In this document: positions 11,583 to 24,753 of the stretch, one piece after another
Layout: the number at the start of each line of letters is the position of its first letter
How positions within the stretch are numbered: the first letter of the stretch is position 1
Assembly: GCA_010405405.1 (NCBI GenBank)
Contig: MU004243.1
Span: 491,340-555,339, forward strand
DNA: 64,000 bases
Direction: 5' to 3'
From: Microthyrium microscopicum
Lineage: Eukaryota
Notes under the pieces: generated by a model
What the model was told of the DNA's origin: nothing
What the model saw: the letters and a program-made list of their open reading frames with translations, nothing else
The model's database searches: none
Program-made: the position numbers and the translations under genes

Positions 11583-14500
11583 CTACTCTGGCATGCGCTC
11601 CAACTCGGCGTCAATCGCCTGGTACAAGAAATTCTTGCGCTCTCCAGTTAGTTGGCACTGTAACTTCAGTTCTGCGAGCGCAACAACGTGTTTCTTCGTC
11701 ACGCGCTCAAGCTCGACTTCAGACAGGCACTCTCGGACCGCCATGAGGATATCTTGATCAGAGGGACCGGCACGGGGTCCATCCATGAAGTTGATGGTTG
11801 AGCCGGGCCGTTCAGCGCCTAGGAGGTTGACAGAAGAGACTGGGCGCGAGCCGGGCGACATGGCTGGGTACATTGTAGATTGTGGCCGTAGACTGAGATT
11901 TGAGCGTTGAGGATTCATGAGATTATCGGTTGAGTTGGCCATGACGGGATACACTGTAGACGTTGGCCGCAGTGCTGGGTTAGAGATACCACCCAGTGAC
12001 GAGTTACGTCCATGACCGCCCAGTGGAGAACCAAAGCTGGCGCCGCCGAGCGAGTATGTGCTTCCGCGGGCATTAGGACCTGCCATGTAGGGCGGTGCAG
12101 CGAGGCCGCCGCCAAAGTTATGCATGGAGCCGCCGTGCTTGACGCTGGAGACAACGGAGCGGATTTCATCCATTTCCATGGATGGGTCTTCGTAACCGAG
12201 ACCACCGTCGTACTTCTCGGCGTAAGTGACACCTCGGCGGCCGGGAAGATTGTTTTCGGTGGCGTAGTCGTCCCAGCGCATGAGTGGGACAGAGCGAGGA
12301 TCAAAGCCGTCGTCGTGGTCCATGGCAACGACTTTGAGGGCGCCCTTTTCTTCGAGAACCATACGAGTGTTACCCCAGGAGAAGTCGTCTTGTTTCCAGA
12401 AACTGTAGACTGGAAGAACGAAGCTGTAAATGGGGAAAGCAATGATATAGATGATCATCCACCCGATATGTTGCCATTGACGCTTAATGATGAAAATTAT
12501 GGCTTGAAGACCATAAACCGCAGCGAGAATAATGAGCGAGATAAGAGGAAATTGGCCCTTGTGTGATCCAACTTGGTAGAAGAGGTAGCCGAGATAAGCG
12601 CAGGTTGCAGGAAGAATGAGAGTACCGGTAAGATCAATGAAAACGACAAATCTCATACTGAAGCAGCAGAATCCGCACATGTCCTTGATGAAGACCAACT
12701 CTGCAAGATTATGAATGGTGGAGTTGATCCAGCGACGACGCTGCGAAAGTAGAACAGACCAGGTCTCAGGAGCGGCGGTGTGAGCCAGTGCTTGAGGTAC
12801 GAATTTGTAGGACATGTGAGGGAAATGCTTGGTCATCAGAGTTGTAAGGTATCGATCTTCTCCTAGAGATAGAAGATTCTTTTTGTGGAGTGTGTCGACA
12901 TCACCATCACTGTACTCTTCGATAACCTTGTCAGAGATGAGTAGAGGGCGTCCCTTGTCAGCTGTTCGTAGACGGTACATGCAGAAACTAGAAATAGGTT
13001 AGTCTTTGTCAACATGAATTGGAATAGAGATACATACCATCCAGGCAAACAAGTGACACTACCGAAAAGAGATTCGAAAGCTTTGGACAGATGATGAGAG
13101 ATGAAATACTCATAAACTTGAATCATAGTCCACCAACTTCGTTCCTCGTTCTGTAGACTTGTCTCTCCGCAGATACCGGCAATCTTTGCGTCGTTTGCAC
13201 AAGCAGCAACTAGTCGGTTTAAAGAGTCTTCAGCAACCATTGTATCGGCGTCGACCATAAGCGTGTATTCATAAAGTTCAGGGTCTACTCCAATCACGTT
13301 GTTGATCTGATGGAAGATTTCAAGTTCAAGGGGTGACATGGGAGATCTATGGTGAACGCGGTTGAGGAAACTCATGAGCAGAATTTGAGAATCACGCTTT
13401 CCACGATTGCCAGGTTTTGGTTTGGTTTGTTCGGATTCCTTGCCAACCTTGACAACGACGAGATATGGCACGACATTGCCTTCAAATTCGTAGAGACCAG
13501 AGTAAACTTTGCCGTAGTTAAGTTGTTCGCTGCCTTGTCCAACTGACTTGAAGGGTAGTGCCGGTGGGTCAACTTTAGGATCAACACCTAGGATGTCGAG
13601 AACAATCTTTGGGGTTGGACGATCGTTTCCAGCGCCAACAATAACACCATCACAGATAACGCAGATGAGCTTTCGCTTATTGTCGTAAGCCAGACCAGTG
13701 AGAGAATCAAGACCCTTTCTGAGTTGGTCTTCACCTTCAGTGTACGCAGGAACCTGGCAGATGACAAATTTGTCTTGTGGTGATGGACGCTTTTTTGAGC
13801 CTAGCTGGAGGGCCGAAAGGAATTTAATACCAATAACCGAGCAAAGAATGATAGTAAAAGTCAATAGAATGTAGTTGTTGACTTGGCATCGGGCGGTTTG
13901 TCTGAAGTCGGTGGTACCAATATAGAAGTAGTTGTCTAGACACTGTTTGGTATCCACGCGCGATGTTTGATTTCCTCCTGTATTGAATTGTTGTGTGATG
14001 TCGGCTCCGTTGTTAGCGCTTGCAAGATCCGTCATCCATCCCGGAAAGAAAGAGTACGCTGCATTGCCCTTTTGAACCGTGTTGTATGTGTAGAGATAGT
14101 TGGTTATATCATAGACGCTGTTATCGATGATGAACCAGGTTCTGAAGCCAGCCTCTCCTTGTGCACTGATATTGGATTTGGCCCAGACTAGATCACCTTT
14201 GTAAAAAGTTTTCATCTTGGGCAGGAAAGTACTGGTATACCAGTCAATATTATGAAGTTTGCTCCTGGGGTCCGGGGTATTGGGGCCAGAAAGATGTATA
14301 GCCGATGGATTCTGAATAGCACTCGTGTCATTCTGAGACAAAGCTACGTTGACATCAGTGACCAGTTTGGGGCAAGCCAAGGTAAGTGGAGGGTTGATGT
14401 AAGCATCCATATTTAGACCGGCAAATGGCAACATTTGGTCACTCGTGGTCTGAGTATCGGTGTCACTATGCTGAGTTTTCCAGAACTTCGACAGATCGTA

Positions 14501-16957
14501 GACCTTGCCGCGATGACTGACCCAAAAGTCCGTATCTCCTTGATGATAAGAAACTTCTTGTTGGTTCCAAGCTTTGTCCCAGCCAGGACATAATAGTTTG
14601 CCAAAGGCAATGATGTAAAATACGATGATAGCGTTGATGAGGAAGATGAGCATGACAAGGGTGACCTTTTCTCTCCATGCTAGTCGAACGTCTGGTCGCT
14701 TCATACGGCCAACGTAGCGGAGGAGAGGGGAAGGTATCCAAAAAGTTACAGCCCATACAAGGGCAACCCATAGTCGGCGAGTGAAGGGAACGGGACGCTG
14801 TTCAACAACTTTGGCGTCACCCATCTCTGCATCATCAAGGCCTTCGTACGTGACTTCGCCTTTGTATTGATCTCCCTTGTATCCAAGACCATAATCACCT
14901 CCTATGGTTGATCGGCCGGCAGCAGTGGGCGCAAGTGATCCTGGACGAGATTTTCCTCGTGGAACAGTAAGGCCATCTTGGCTGCCTGGAGTTAGCTGAC
15001 CAAAGTAGCCGCCCTCTGTTGGCGGTGCAGTAGAAAAGCCAGTATGCATTGGATCGTTGTTGATAGACGCGTCGAGAGGCAATGCGTCCTTTTGGCACTC
15101 TGCTTCCCACCAGGCAGACTCTCGTAGCCAGATGCGTGACTCTCCTACCACAACTTCACCATTGCTCCAGCCCCTTTCAAGCAGCCAAGTTTCAATGCCC
15201 TCTTTGCCATCTTGACACCCGAGGCGTGAGAATCGCTCGACGAATTCTTGAGGGTCAAAATCGGCGGTAAAATCGAGGTTCTTGTTTCGGCGATTGGCCC
15301 ATTCTGGGAGTCTCCAAGCACGAAGTTGACTTGAAACCGCAGCGGCAGACCAGTGATTGGCAGAGTTTACAAGTCCGGCAGGTGATTCATCGGTGGGGTG
15401 AATATTTAAATGGAACCAGATTCTGCTCGAGTTGAGGGTATTTGAAAGATGGAAACGGCCATGAGCACCAAGTACCACTCCCTGCTTTGTTGGATGAAGA
15501 ATGTCCTTGATATAGGGTCCAGTTTCTGCTCGCTGTGCAACTCGTTCGAGAATTCCTTCGCGTCGGTCTCGCTGGATATCACGCTCTCGACAAGCGGCAC
15601 TGTCAGCATCGTCGAGTTCTGCCGCACACGCAGCGACGGCAGTTCTCATCTCATTGAGGACAGAAGCGCCAGCAGGAACGACAACAACACCATCTTGCTT
15701 CATTTCGGCATTAATGCCTTGAGTGTCGTCAAACACAGTTCGCAGAGCAACAGCCTTTCCAAGATTTGGATCTGGAATATCAACAACGGAAATGGTAACG
15801 GTATCCTCCTGGAGGGCATCCGGTTGAGAGGTCGGGGTGACAGTGCCTGAGCCAGCACTTGAGGTGAATTGATGGCCTGTTTTGATCTCTTTCTTCATTG
15901 CTGCATTCGCGTGTTGGATAACCCAATCCACGATTGCCTCATAAAGTCCGGAAAGGAACACCTCGCGCTCTGATGCGTCGAAGCGGTGGCGCAAAGCATT
16001 TGGATCCAAATCAAGGAGTATGCAAGCATCATCGCAAACGGCTTGAACGGTATCTGCGCTGACGTTGTAATCGACCGTGTCTCCGAGTTTAAGTATTCCA
16101 GCAAGCGCGGATATTAAGTTTTGCAGAGCCGGCCCTTTGATACCAATGGATCGCAAGTTGTGTCTAAAGTCTTCTGCCGCGCCAGCATCATCAGCAGTAG
16201 GCACATATCTGGGAGGGCTGAAGGTTCCAGATCGTCGAAGAATGGAATAAGAGGAGTATGGCTTCAAGTTGAGGACTTCTCGCTCGGCTTTGGATGCTGA
16301 AGGAACATTCAAATAATAGAATACGTCAAATGCCCGGTAGCCTTGTTCAGCCGGAATATGAAAAAGGCCTTTGCCCGTGTCCAGACCAAGTGTTGATAGA
16401 GCGAAACCAGTGTTGAGTAGTTCTCCCTCGGAATTCAAGGTGAATTGTGCAGCTAGAGATGAATACCGCGCATAGGAAGGATTGAATGGCGTGACGGTGT
16501 GTGTAAAGGCACGTATGACTTCGAGTGAAGTAAAGAATGATGATGGGAGGTGTAATGGAAGAGCAGCAGAAAATGCACCAAGCATTGATGGACTCGATTC
16601 GTGAAGAGAACTTTGCCAATTAGTACTCAGAAATCATCTTGTATACTTCCAAACTCACCCAAGAACAACTGTTCCATCTTCTGCTCGCCGCCTGGCGTGT
16701 TGCCAGACTCTTTCGGCCAACTCAGGGTCAACGGTACCGCCGATTCTTCCATCCTCTCCATTCTGAGCTGTGAGCCACGAGTTCACAGCCAAACTGGTGC
16801 TGAACTCAAGAGGATGTGGTAGCGTATTCTGGAAGCTGGTATGTAGAGCATTGAGAAGAGTCTGCGTCGAGACTTGTGCGGATTGTGCATTTTGGCCCTG
16901 GCGTGGGATGTTTGCGTTTGATACACTCGACATTGTCGAGAGTCGGTTGAACGCCAT
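11583..16957 (-). CDS. csmB: Class VII chitin synthase with degenerate myosin motor-like domain, cytochrome b5-like region and DEK_C tail (CsmB/ChsVb type)
   Basis: Starts MAFNRLST...QVSTQTLLNALH...WQHARRRAEDG, a CsmB-type N-terminus. Introns 16611..16658 and 12988..13037. Catalytic GEDRYLT and QRRRW, also [10 protein letters not shown] and a C-terminal DEK_C-like domain. Confidence 0.92.
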
Positions 16958-19247
16958 TGTTATGGATTGTTGGCCTGAGCCAGTGGGCACTGAGCTGTAA
17001 ACCAAAGCTGTAGATATTTTTATGATATATGTGGTTACGAATCACGATGTTGGAAGATGTGATTGTTGTGGCAGGTACAACGGAACCACCTTCCAGTCGG
17101 GTTGGCGGATTTCGAGAAAGGGGAGGAACGAAGGGAGGCGTGACAGCTTGGTACAGCCTCAACGTACAGCGAACGACGAGAGACACGGAATGTATGAGGA
17201 GTAGAGGGATGAGAGCGAGTGAGAATTACGATTAGGTGGAGCACTGGAAATGGCAGCAAAGCGAAAGTCGAGTCTGGAATTACTAGAATCACCGCTGGAA
17301 AGAATTCTCGTGGAGATCACTGAGAAAGCACAGAACGGTATTGGAATCGTTGCACGGCCAGCCTTGAGCGTTGAGCGTAGCGAATGGAGCCGTGCATCAA
17401 AAAAGTGGAAGAGAGATCATCACCACATTACATTAGCGTGTTTCTGGGGCTGCTTTCACGCGCATTCCGTTGCCGGGCAATTGCAGCTGGCATCAGGTAA
17501 GCAAGATCTTGTATAAATTACACTTGGCAGATCCTTTTGGGGAACGCAGAGTCAGATCAAAGGCCAAAGGAGGCGCCAGCCTTCCATCCCAATGTGACGC
17601 CTTCAAGGGTGAAAGAAGCTGGTCCGAAAGCCTTTTGGAAGAAACATGCAACTTGGTGGCCAACCACAACGGATGGTGGTGGCCATGGCGATCGGGAACC
17701 AATAGTGAACCTAGAGCTGCATCAAAGAGGCTGAGTGTACGACAGGGAACGCTGCATATTCAGTGCAGATTTCAGATCCAAAGGGGAAAGGTGAAGGATA
17801 TTAAGGGAGTTTTATCAGGCACAATTACGGGGATAGCTATGCACAGTCTGGCTCTCCCTGTCAATGGTATTTATATTTGGCATGCGGCCCGCATTGTTTA
17901 TTGTTTGCTTGCATAGGGTCCGGTCTATCATTCGTAGAGCATCGCCACTCAATCATGACTCCATGATCCCGACTGGCCCTCGCTAGCAGGGCATCAGATG
18001 GCAATATGTACCAAATTATTGAAAGATACGAAGCTAGTAAAAGTAGCAAAGTCTTATTTTGGACTGGTTGCTGTGGGACGGTTGTGCGGTAGCAGTGGTG
18101 CAGCGCTTTGCGGAGAAACAAGCAGCCCAGATCGTGGATCGTGAATGGCTGCAGCTCTTCAGCAAGCCTCGTACCCGCTTCGGGCGTCTGTGGTGCCGCG
18201 TCGACTGGCATGAAAGCAAAGTGGAACCTCCTTTTCTCTGCGAAAAAGAGTAAAGAGGCTGGGCACGAGCGTGTAATTTTTGCCTTCTTCCAGCCTGTCC
18301 CAAGTCAGATCATTGAGATCAATGCACGGCAAAGGCATTTCAAAAGTCAAATTGGGTCAAACCAACGGCGGGTTGCAGAAACTGCAGGTGGAAAGTGGAT
18401 TTTGGCAATTGTCCGAGTCGTCGTTAAATGCAGGTGGCCTTGGATCGAGACTTGCAAAGAGTTTACGGAATCACGGAATCACGGTGAACTGATTTGCAGA
18501 GGTTGGACAAGCTGGAATTGTGCAGCTCGAGCTCGATATTATCCCGAGTCCCATAAAAGTGTACTCTAGAGTAGTTTGAAGACACAAGCAAAATTGGTGG
18601 TCGAGAAGTTATCCTGGCCTTCTGATCCACTTGTCTGTTGTGCAGGGAAAGACCACCGCCCGCCACTCCCTTACCAGGAAAGAGCGCTGCAGCAGTTGTT
18701 GGTGGTTACCATACAGGGGAGCCGCTTCCCTTTTCGAAGATCGCTCCTGCTACTGCAAGCTTTGGCCTGGCCTGTCGTCCCTTCCTTTCCAAGAATCTCA
18801 CGACTGTTGAATTACATCCCATTTTCACCACCAGATCCACCTCTCTTCTTCGCCTTCGAAGTGCTTCCATTCGCTATCACTATACCACTTCGTGTCTCTC
18901 CTCGCTCCAATTGAGTTCCGTCCCATATTCCCTTCCTCTCGCTTCATTCCACCACTCGCTCATCCCTATACATTCCTCGTCCACAAAGACAATCACGCAA
19001 ACTTTTGGGCCAATTTCAGCGGTACGTGCCATTGGATTTTTCGCGTCATACAAGCTTGCCGACATTATTCTTGTTCGCAACAAGTTTCATATTTGCAACT
19101 TCATGCAGCCTTTCTATACTATATACGGCTGCAAGGCATGGACAAGAACTCTGTCTAACCTGTAAACAGAAGGCCTACAGGGCCAAATTCGATCCCAACT
19201 GATATCGTCCTTACATTCGTTCCCTCCGAGGGGAACCACCAACAACC
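16958..19247. promoter_or_regulatory. Divergent shared upstream region of the two chitin synthases, with a probable 5'-UTR intron at 19022..19169
   Basis: Head-to-head gene orientation and a pyrimidine-rich leader at about 18650-19000. GTACGT donor at 19022, CTAAC branch point and CAG acceptor at 19169. Confidence 0.6.
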
Positions 19248-22200
19248 ATGGCCTCACATCACGGCGATGATTCTCGAAGGCACTCGACTATGCCTTCTTC
19301 TCCCGCCCTCTCCGCACAGCATGACCGTAATGGGCAGCAATCACCGAATTACCAGGACTCAAAACTGCATTTAATACCTAATGTCTCTCCATATCGTGAG
19401 GATGCCGGCTCGCCTTCTGAATTGGGTCTTAACGAGAAATCACTCTCCGATGGCCATGGCGGATCTATTATCGATGGAAAGAAAATGGAAGTTGTCGAAC
19501 GAGTAAAAGTGTCAGGAAGCAGAAAGAGATGGGTATTCTTCGTCTGGCTTGTGACATTCTGGATGCCGACTTTTGTCATTGGATGGATTGTAAAGACTCC
19601 TCGAAAGGATGTGCGCCAGGCCTGGAGAGAAAAACTTGCCATCAACATTCTCATCTGGCTGAGTTGTTCTGGTGTTATATTTTTCATGAGTAAGACATGT
19701 CCTTTTGCCTCTTTGATCTTTAACTAATTCTTGGTAGTTGGATTTCCTGCGTTGATCTGTCCTCGGCAAGATGTCTATTCCTATCAAGAGCTGTCAGCCT
19801 TTGATGGGAAAGGCAACGACAAAGCTTATGTGGCTATGCGTGGTGTCATATACGATCTTAAGGCATTTGTGCCTCACCATTACCCAAACATTGTTCCATC
19901 AACTGCTCTATTGAAATATGCTGGCAAAGATGCGACCAACCTCTTTCCAGTCCAAGTATCAGCCTTATGCAATGGTGTAGATGGTACAGTCGATCCTGCG
20001 GTCCAGCTAAGCTACCAAAACACCAACTATACTGGTCAAAGCGTCCTTGTGAGCACAACGGATCTCAATGCTCAATATCACGACTTCCGAGCCTTCCAAA
20101 ACGACTCCCGTCCTGATTGGTGGTGGGAACAACAGACCACGCTGAAAGGATCTTACCAAAAAGGAAATATTGGCTACACACCACAATATATCAGTACTCT
20201 GGCCAGCAAGTCAAATGTCATCGCGATCCTTTATGGTAAAGTGTACGACTTGACAGCATACGTCGCTGGCGGTCGAGTGCCCAAGTATCCAGTTGGCACC
20301 GACCCACCATCACAGGCACCAAACTCGAACTTTATGGAACCCCTAGTCGTTCAACTTTTCCAGCAAACATCCGGTGGAGATGCGACAAAGTACTGGGAAT
20401 CATTGAGCATAGACTCGGCCTTGAAAGCGCGCATGAAAGTTTGCCTCGACAACCTCTTCTACGTGGGTAATGTTGATACTCGTTCATCAACTCAGTGTTT
20501 GTTCGCCAAGTACATTCTTCTTGCCATCTCAATCTTACTGGTCAGTGTCATCTGCTTCAAGTTTTTGGCTGCTCTTCAGTTTGGCAAGAAGAATGTCCCA
20601 GAAAACCTGGACAAGTTTGTGATATGCCAGGTGCCAGCCTACACCGAGGATGAGGATTCATTGCGTCGTGCTATAGACTCCGCTGCCCGAATGAAGTATG
20701 ATGACAAGCGAAAACTATTGGTTATCATATGCGATGGTGTCATTACAGGTCAAGGCAACGATAGAACGACACCTCGCATCGTTCTGGACATCTTGGGCGT
20801 CAACGAGACTGTTGATCCCGAAGCTCTAAGCTTTGAAAGTTTAGGTGATGGTATGAAACAGCACAACATGGGCAAAGTCTTCTCGGGTCTCTATGAAGTA
20901 CAAGGTCATATTGTTCCCTTCTTAGTGGTCGTCAAATGTGGCAAGCCAACAGAAACCAACAAGTAAGTGCCATTGAGCAGCTATGTCTGATTCGAGACTA
21001 ATACATATTTTTAGGCCTGGTAATCGTGGTAAGCGCGATTCGCAAATGATTCTAATGCGTTTCCTTAACCGAATTCACTACAACTTGCCAATGACCCCCA
21101 TGGAACTTGAGATGCATCACCAAATTCGCAATATCATCGGCGTCAACCCAACTTTTTACGAATTCTGTTTCCAAATTGATGCCGACACTGTTGTCGCGGA
21201 TGATTCAGCCACTCGAATGATCGCGGCTTTTATGCAAGACACTCGACTGATAGGAGTTTGCGGCGAAACTGCTCTTGACAACGCCAAAGCCTCCATGACC
21301 ACTATGATTCAGGTGTACGAATACTACATCTCGCACAACCTTACAAAGGCCTTTGAGTCTCTCTTTGGCTCAGTCACTTGCTTACCAGGTTGTTTCTCAA
21401 TGTACCGGATTCGCGCCGCTGAAACTGGCAAGCCATTGTTCGTAAGCAAGGAAGTCGTCGAAGCTTATTCCGAAAACCGTGTTGATACTCTGCACATGAA
21501 GAACTTGCTTCATCTTGGTGAAGATCGGTACTTGACAACTTTACTTCTCAAGTTCCATCCGAAATACAAGACCAAGTACATTTTCCGCGCTCACGCCTGG
21601 ACTGTGGCGCCAGACAGCTGGTCCATTTTCCTCTCTCAACGTCGTCGATGGATCAACTCAACTGTTCACAACCTTATCGAACTCATTCCTCTACAACAAC
21701 TGTGCGGCTTCTGCTGTTTCTCTATGCGCTTCATCGTCTTCGTCGACTTGCTCTCAACAATTGTTCAGCCTGTGTTGATGGCCTACATTATCTATTTGGT
21801 TTACCTACTCGTTTCGCAAAGCTCTGTCATCCCCATCACTGCCTTCATTCTTCTCGGAGCTATCTATGGTCTACAGGCAATCATCTTCATTGTGCGTCGC
21901 AAATGGGAAATGGTCGGCTGGATGATTGTGTATATTATTGCCACTCCCGTCTTCTCATTTGCACTGCCATTATACTCCTTCTGGCACATGGACGATTTCT
22001 CTTGGGGAAATACCCGAATTGTTACAGGAGAGGCGGGCCAGAAACTCGTCATCTCAGACGAAGGCAAATTCGACCCAGATTCCATTCCAAAGAAGCGATG
22101 GGAAGAGTACCAGGCCGAGCTATGGGAAATGCATTCACAATATCAACAAGATGCTATCAGCCAAGCTGGTTGGCGAGACGACCGTTCCGAAGTGTCAGGT

Positions 22201-22632
22201 ATTTCTTATGGCGCCAAATCGTACGGCGGAGCCATGCCAGGGGCTCCAAGATCAGAAGGGGGTCTTTCATATTCCCGTCCAGCATCTCAACTCGACCTGA
22301 TGCGGTCTGTCAACAACAGCAGGATGTCCCTCGCACCAACAGCATATGGTGCTCTTACTGGTGGCGAGGATCCGAACGCACCAATGCAAAACGTGGAGAT
22401 GTCAGATCTGGGTGCCACAGCGCTTCCAGGCGCTGGCATGCAGTCAGGCGACCAGCCAACAGACGATATGATTCTCCGCGAGATCCGGGACATCTTGGCC
22501 AGTGCGGACCTTATGCGCGTTTCAAAGAAGAGCATTCGCGCCGAACTGGAGAGACGATTCAACTGCGAGCTCACTTCTAGAAAGGAGTACATTGGTAGCT
22601 CAACTGAAGCTGTTTTGAGTGGACAACTATGA
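19248..22632 (+). CDS. csmA: Class V chitin synthase (CsmA/ChsV orthologue) lacking the N-terminal myosin motor domain, about 1094 aa
   Basis: Introns 19690..19737 and 20963..21014. Class V signatures [46 protein letters not shown] and terminal TEAVLSGQL. Only about 94 aa precede the first TM segment. Confidence 0.9.
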
Positions 22633-23630
22633 GTGCTAGTTTTCACGACCAAATCTGCATAGCCTGTCAGCAAACTTTTTGCATTCTTCGTATCTATTTA
22701 CACAAAAATCGGCTAATTGAAGGGGAGTTTGTTGCTTTGGCGCGGTGGATGCTTTTTTATTGGAATGGCTGCATCTTGACGCTCCTTTTGAGATATCGGC
22801 GATACTTTTGCATTTTGACGTATTGTACAGGGAAAAATGTTTCGTAACAATGCATTGTGCTGTATAGAGAAGAACATTTAGTACTACTAGTAGTTAATGG
22901 ACATTGTATAATCTTTCTATTCTTTATTCGTCATAGCTCTGACAGTCAATTTTCCGTATATGGCCAAGTCCTTATCATTCCAGGTATCTGGACGCGCACC
23001 ATGAGGGAGTATTTGCCCCTGACAGCCTTGACAGCCAACCATATTTCCATCATATGCAAAGCTATGGGCATAGGAAATGTTTATTTATATTAACTGGTAC
23101 CTGACAATGGCTATACTTGTAAAGAGGACTTCGTCACCGTCCTGATTTGTGGCTCCAACTTCAGGGCCAGCCCTCCACAAGTCCCACGTTTCGAGTAATA
23201 TATTTCAAACCTGCTCGCAGACCCGCCACAGACCAGCACTTTCTTACGGGAAATATATACCCTAGGCTCTGGAAAGACGGTACTGCCGCCATGACATGTC
23301 TTACGCAGTCCTGCTGGCTGATCTTCATTGAGCGGTCGACTACAACTGAACAATACATATTACGATCGCGATAAGAATCACAGACGTACTGAACTGGTCC
23401 AAGCAGCTCTATATTTTCAAATCCAGAAGGACAGAGCGCGACAGGTCATAATCTTCCTCCCAACAACTCCACTTCTCTAGCTGCTAGACACAGCTCTGGT
23501 TCTCAGGATAGATACATTCGGATGCTATATCGATCTTTGTCACTTCACCATCAGAGAGTGGCCAACGACTCTAGACCGAGACGGATCATCTGAAGTACAC
23601 ACATACAACGTCTCCGGAAGCCACATCAAG

Positions 23631-24593
23631 ATGCCGTTACGAAGTCCCAAACTCTCGCCTCTACCCGCCTCTCCTTCCACCATCACACCGGACAAATACC
23701 GCTACGATGACTCTCGCTCGCTACGATCTCTCGATCTGGAAGAAGCGAAAGCCATGCTTCACGATTCACCCGAGCTTGACGCCTTCACTGAACCATCACA
23801 TCGAAATCGAGTGCGCCGCTGGATGGGCCCGTGTAGCTTGATACTGAACGCGATACTATTCTGCGTGCTCCTATTCACATTAGCGAATCCATGCTATTTC
23901 AGCGAAAGAAGATGCGAATACCGACGGGACGGCGGACTAAAACTAATGAGTGAAGAGCATGGCTTCGTGCCAGAATGTACGCGTTCTCATACCACACAGC
24001 GGTCGTATATATCACTAACAGACCATACAGTCAAGACAGAAAAAGTAACATTCATGAACGACTCAAACTACGGCCACAACGAAATGTTCTCCACCCCCGA
24101 AGAACTCCACAAGATCCTCGACAACTGGGAGAAAGAAATGCCCGGTACCCCTTCCCTCCCCTTCCCTTTTCCCAACTCACAAACCCATAACTAACACGCT
24201 CCCACAGTCGGTCGCGGTTTCGTCTCCATTCCCAACGCTGCCACATCCCAACTCCCACGGCCCTACCATCTGCGCTCCAATCCCAAAGCCAACGGCTACA
24301 GTATCGCTAATTTCCACCAATATCACTGTCTCTGGATGATCATGCGCGGCTACGGGAATGCCGTGTTCAATGTTACGGATGCGAATCCAGATCACTTGCG
24401 ACATGTGACGCACTGCTTTGACTATTTGAGGCAGAGTGTGCTGTGTGCGGGCGATAGTGCGTTGGAGGGGAAAAGTGCGTCGATGGGAGGTATGACGGAT
24501 GGGTGGGGGAATGTACATGTTTGTAAGAAGTTGGATGAGCAGGTTGGGTGGATTGTTGAGAATAGGTTGAGTGATTTTACGGGAATTCATTAG
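23631..24593 (+). CDS. DUF3328/UstYa-like oxidase (type II membrane protein, two HxxHC motifs)
   Basis: Introns 23977..24030 and 24145..24207 give a 281-aa protein with one TM helix, GRGFV, FHQYHCL and HVTHCFDYLRQSVLCAGDSALEG. Confidence 0.88.
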
Positions 24594-24753
24594 ATTCGTT
24601 AGATTTATAGATGTGATGGTGTTGTAATGTTAGTGATTGTTGGCATATATGTTGCGTGGGTGTCGCTATGTTGCTCCCGAACTTGTGTTCTCGTATCGTC
24701 TCAAAACACTTCAAATGTTGCCTCGCGTTTCTGGTCATTATCTCGTCCTTGCT

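Noticed and set aside
17000..19200. Intergenic ORFs (e.g. 17470..17916, 18108..18569, 18638..19165) as remnants of the class V myosin domain
   Set aside because: No myosin motifs or CsmA-like N-terminal sequence seen. They look like chance ORFs in promoter and leader DNA.
21648..22580. 310-aa alternate-frame ORF inside the class V chitin synthase, and similar antisense ORFs throughout the window
   Set aside because: Shadow ORFs of real coding sequence with no recognisable motifs.
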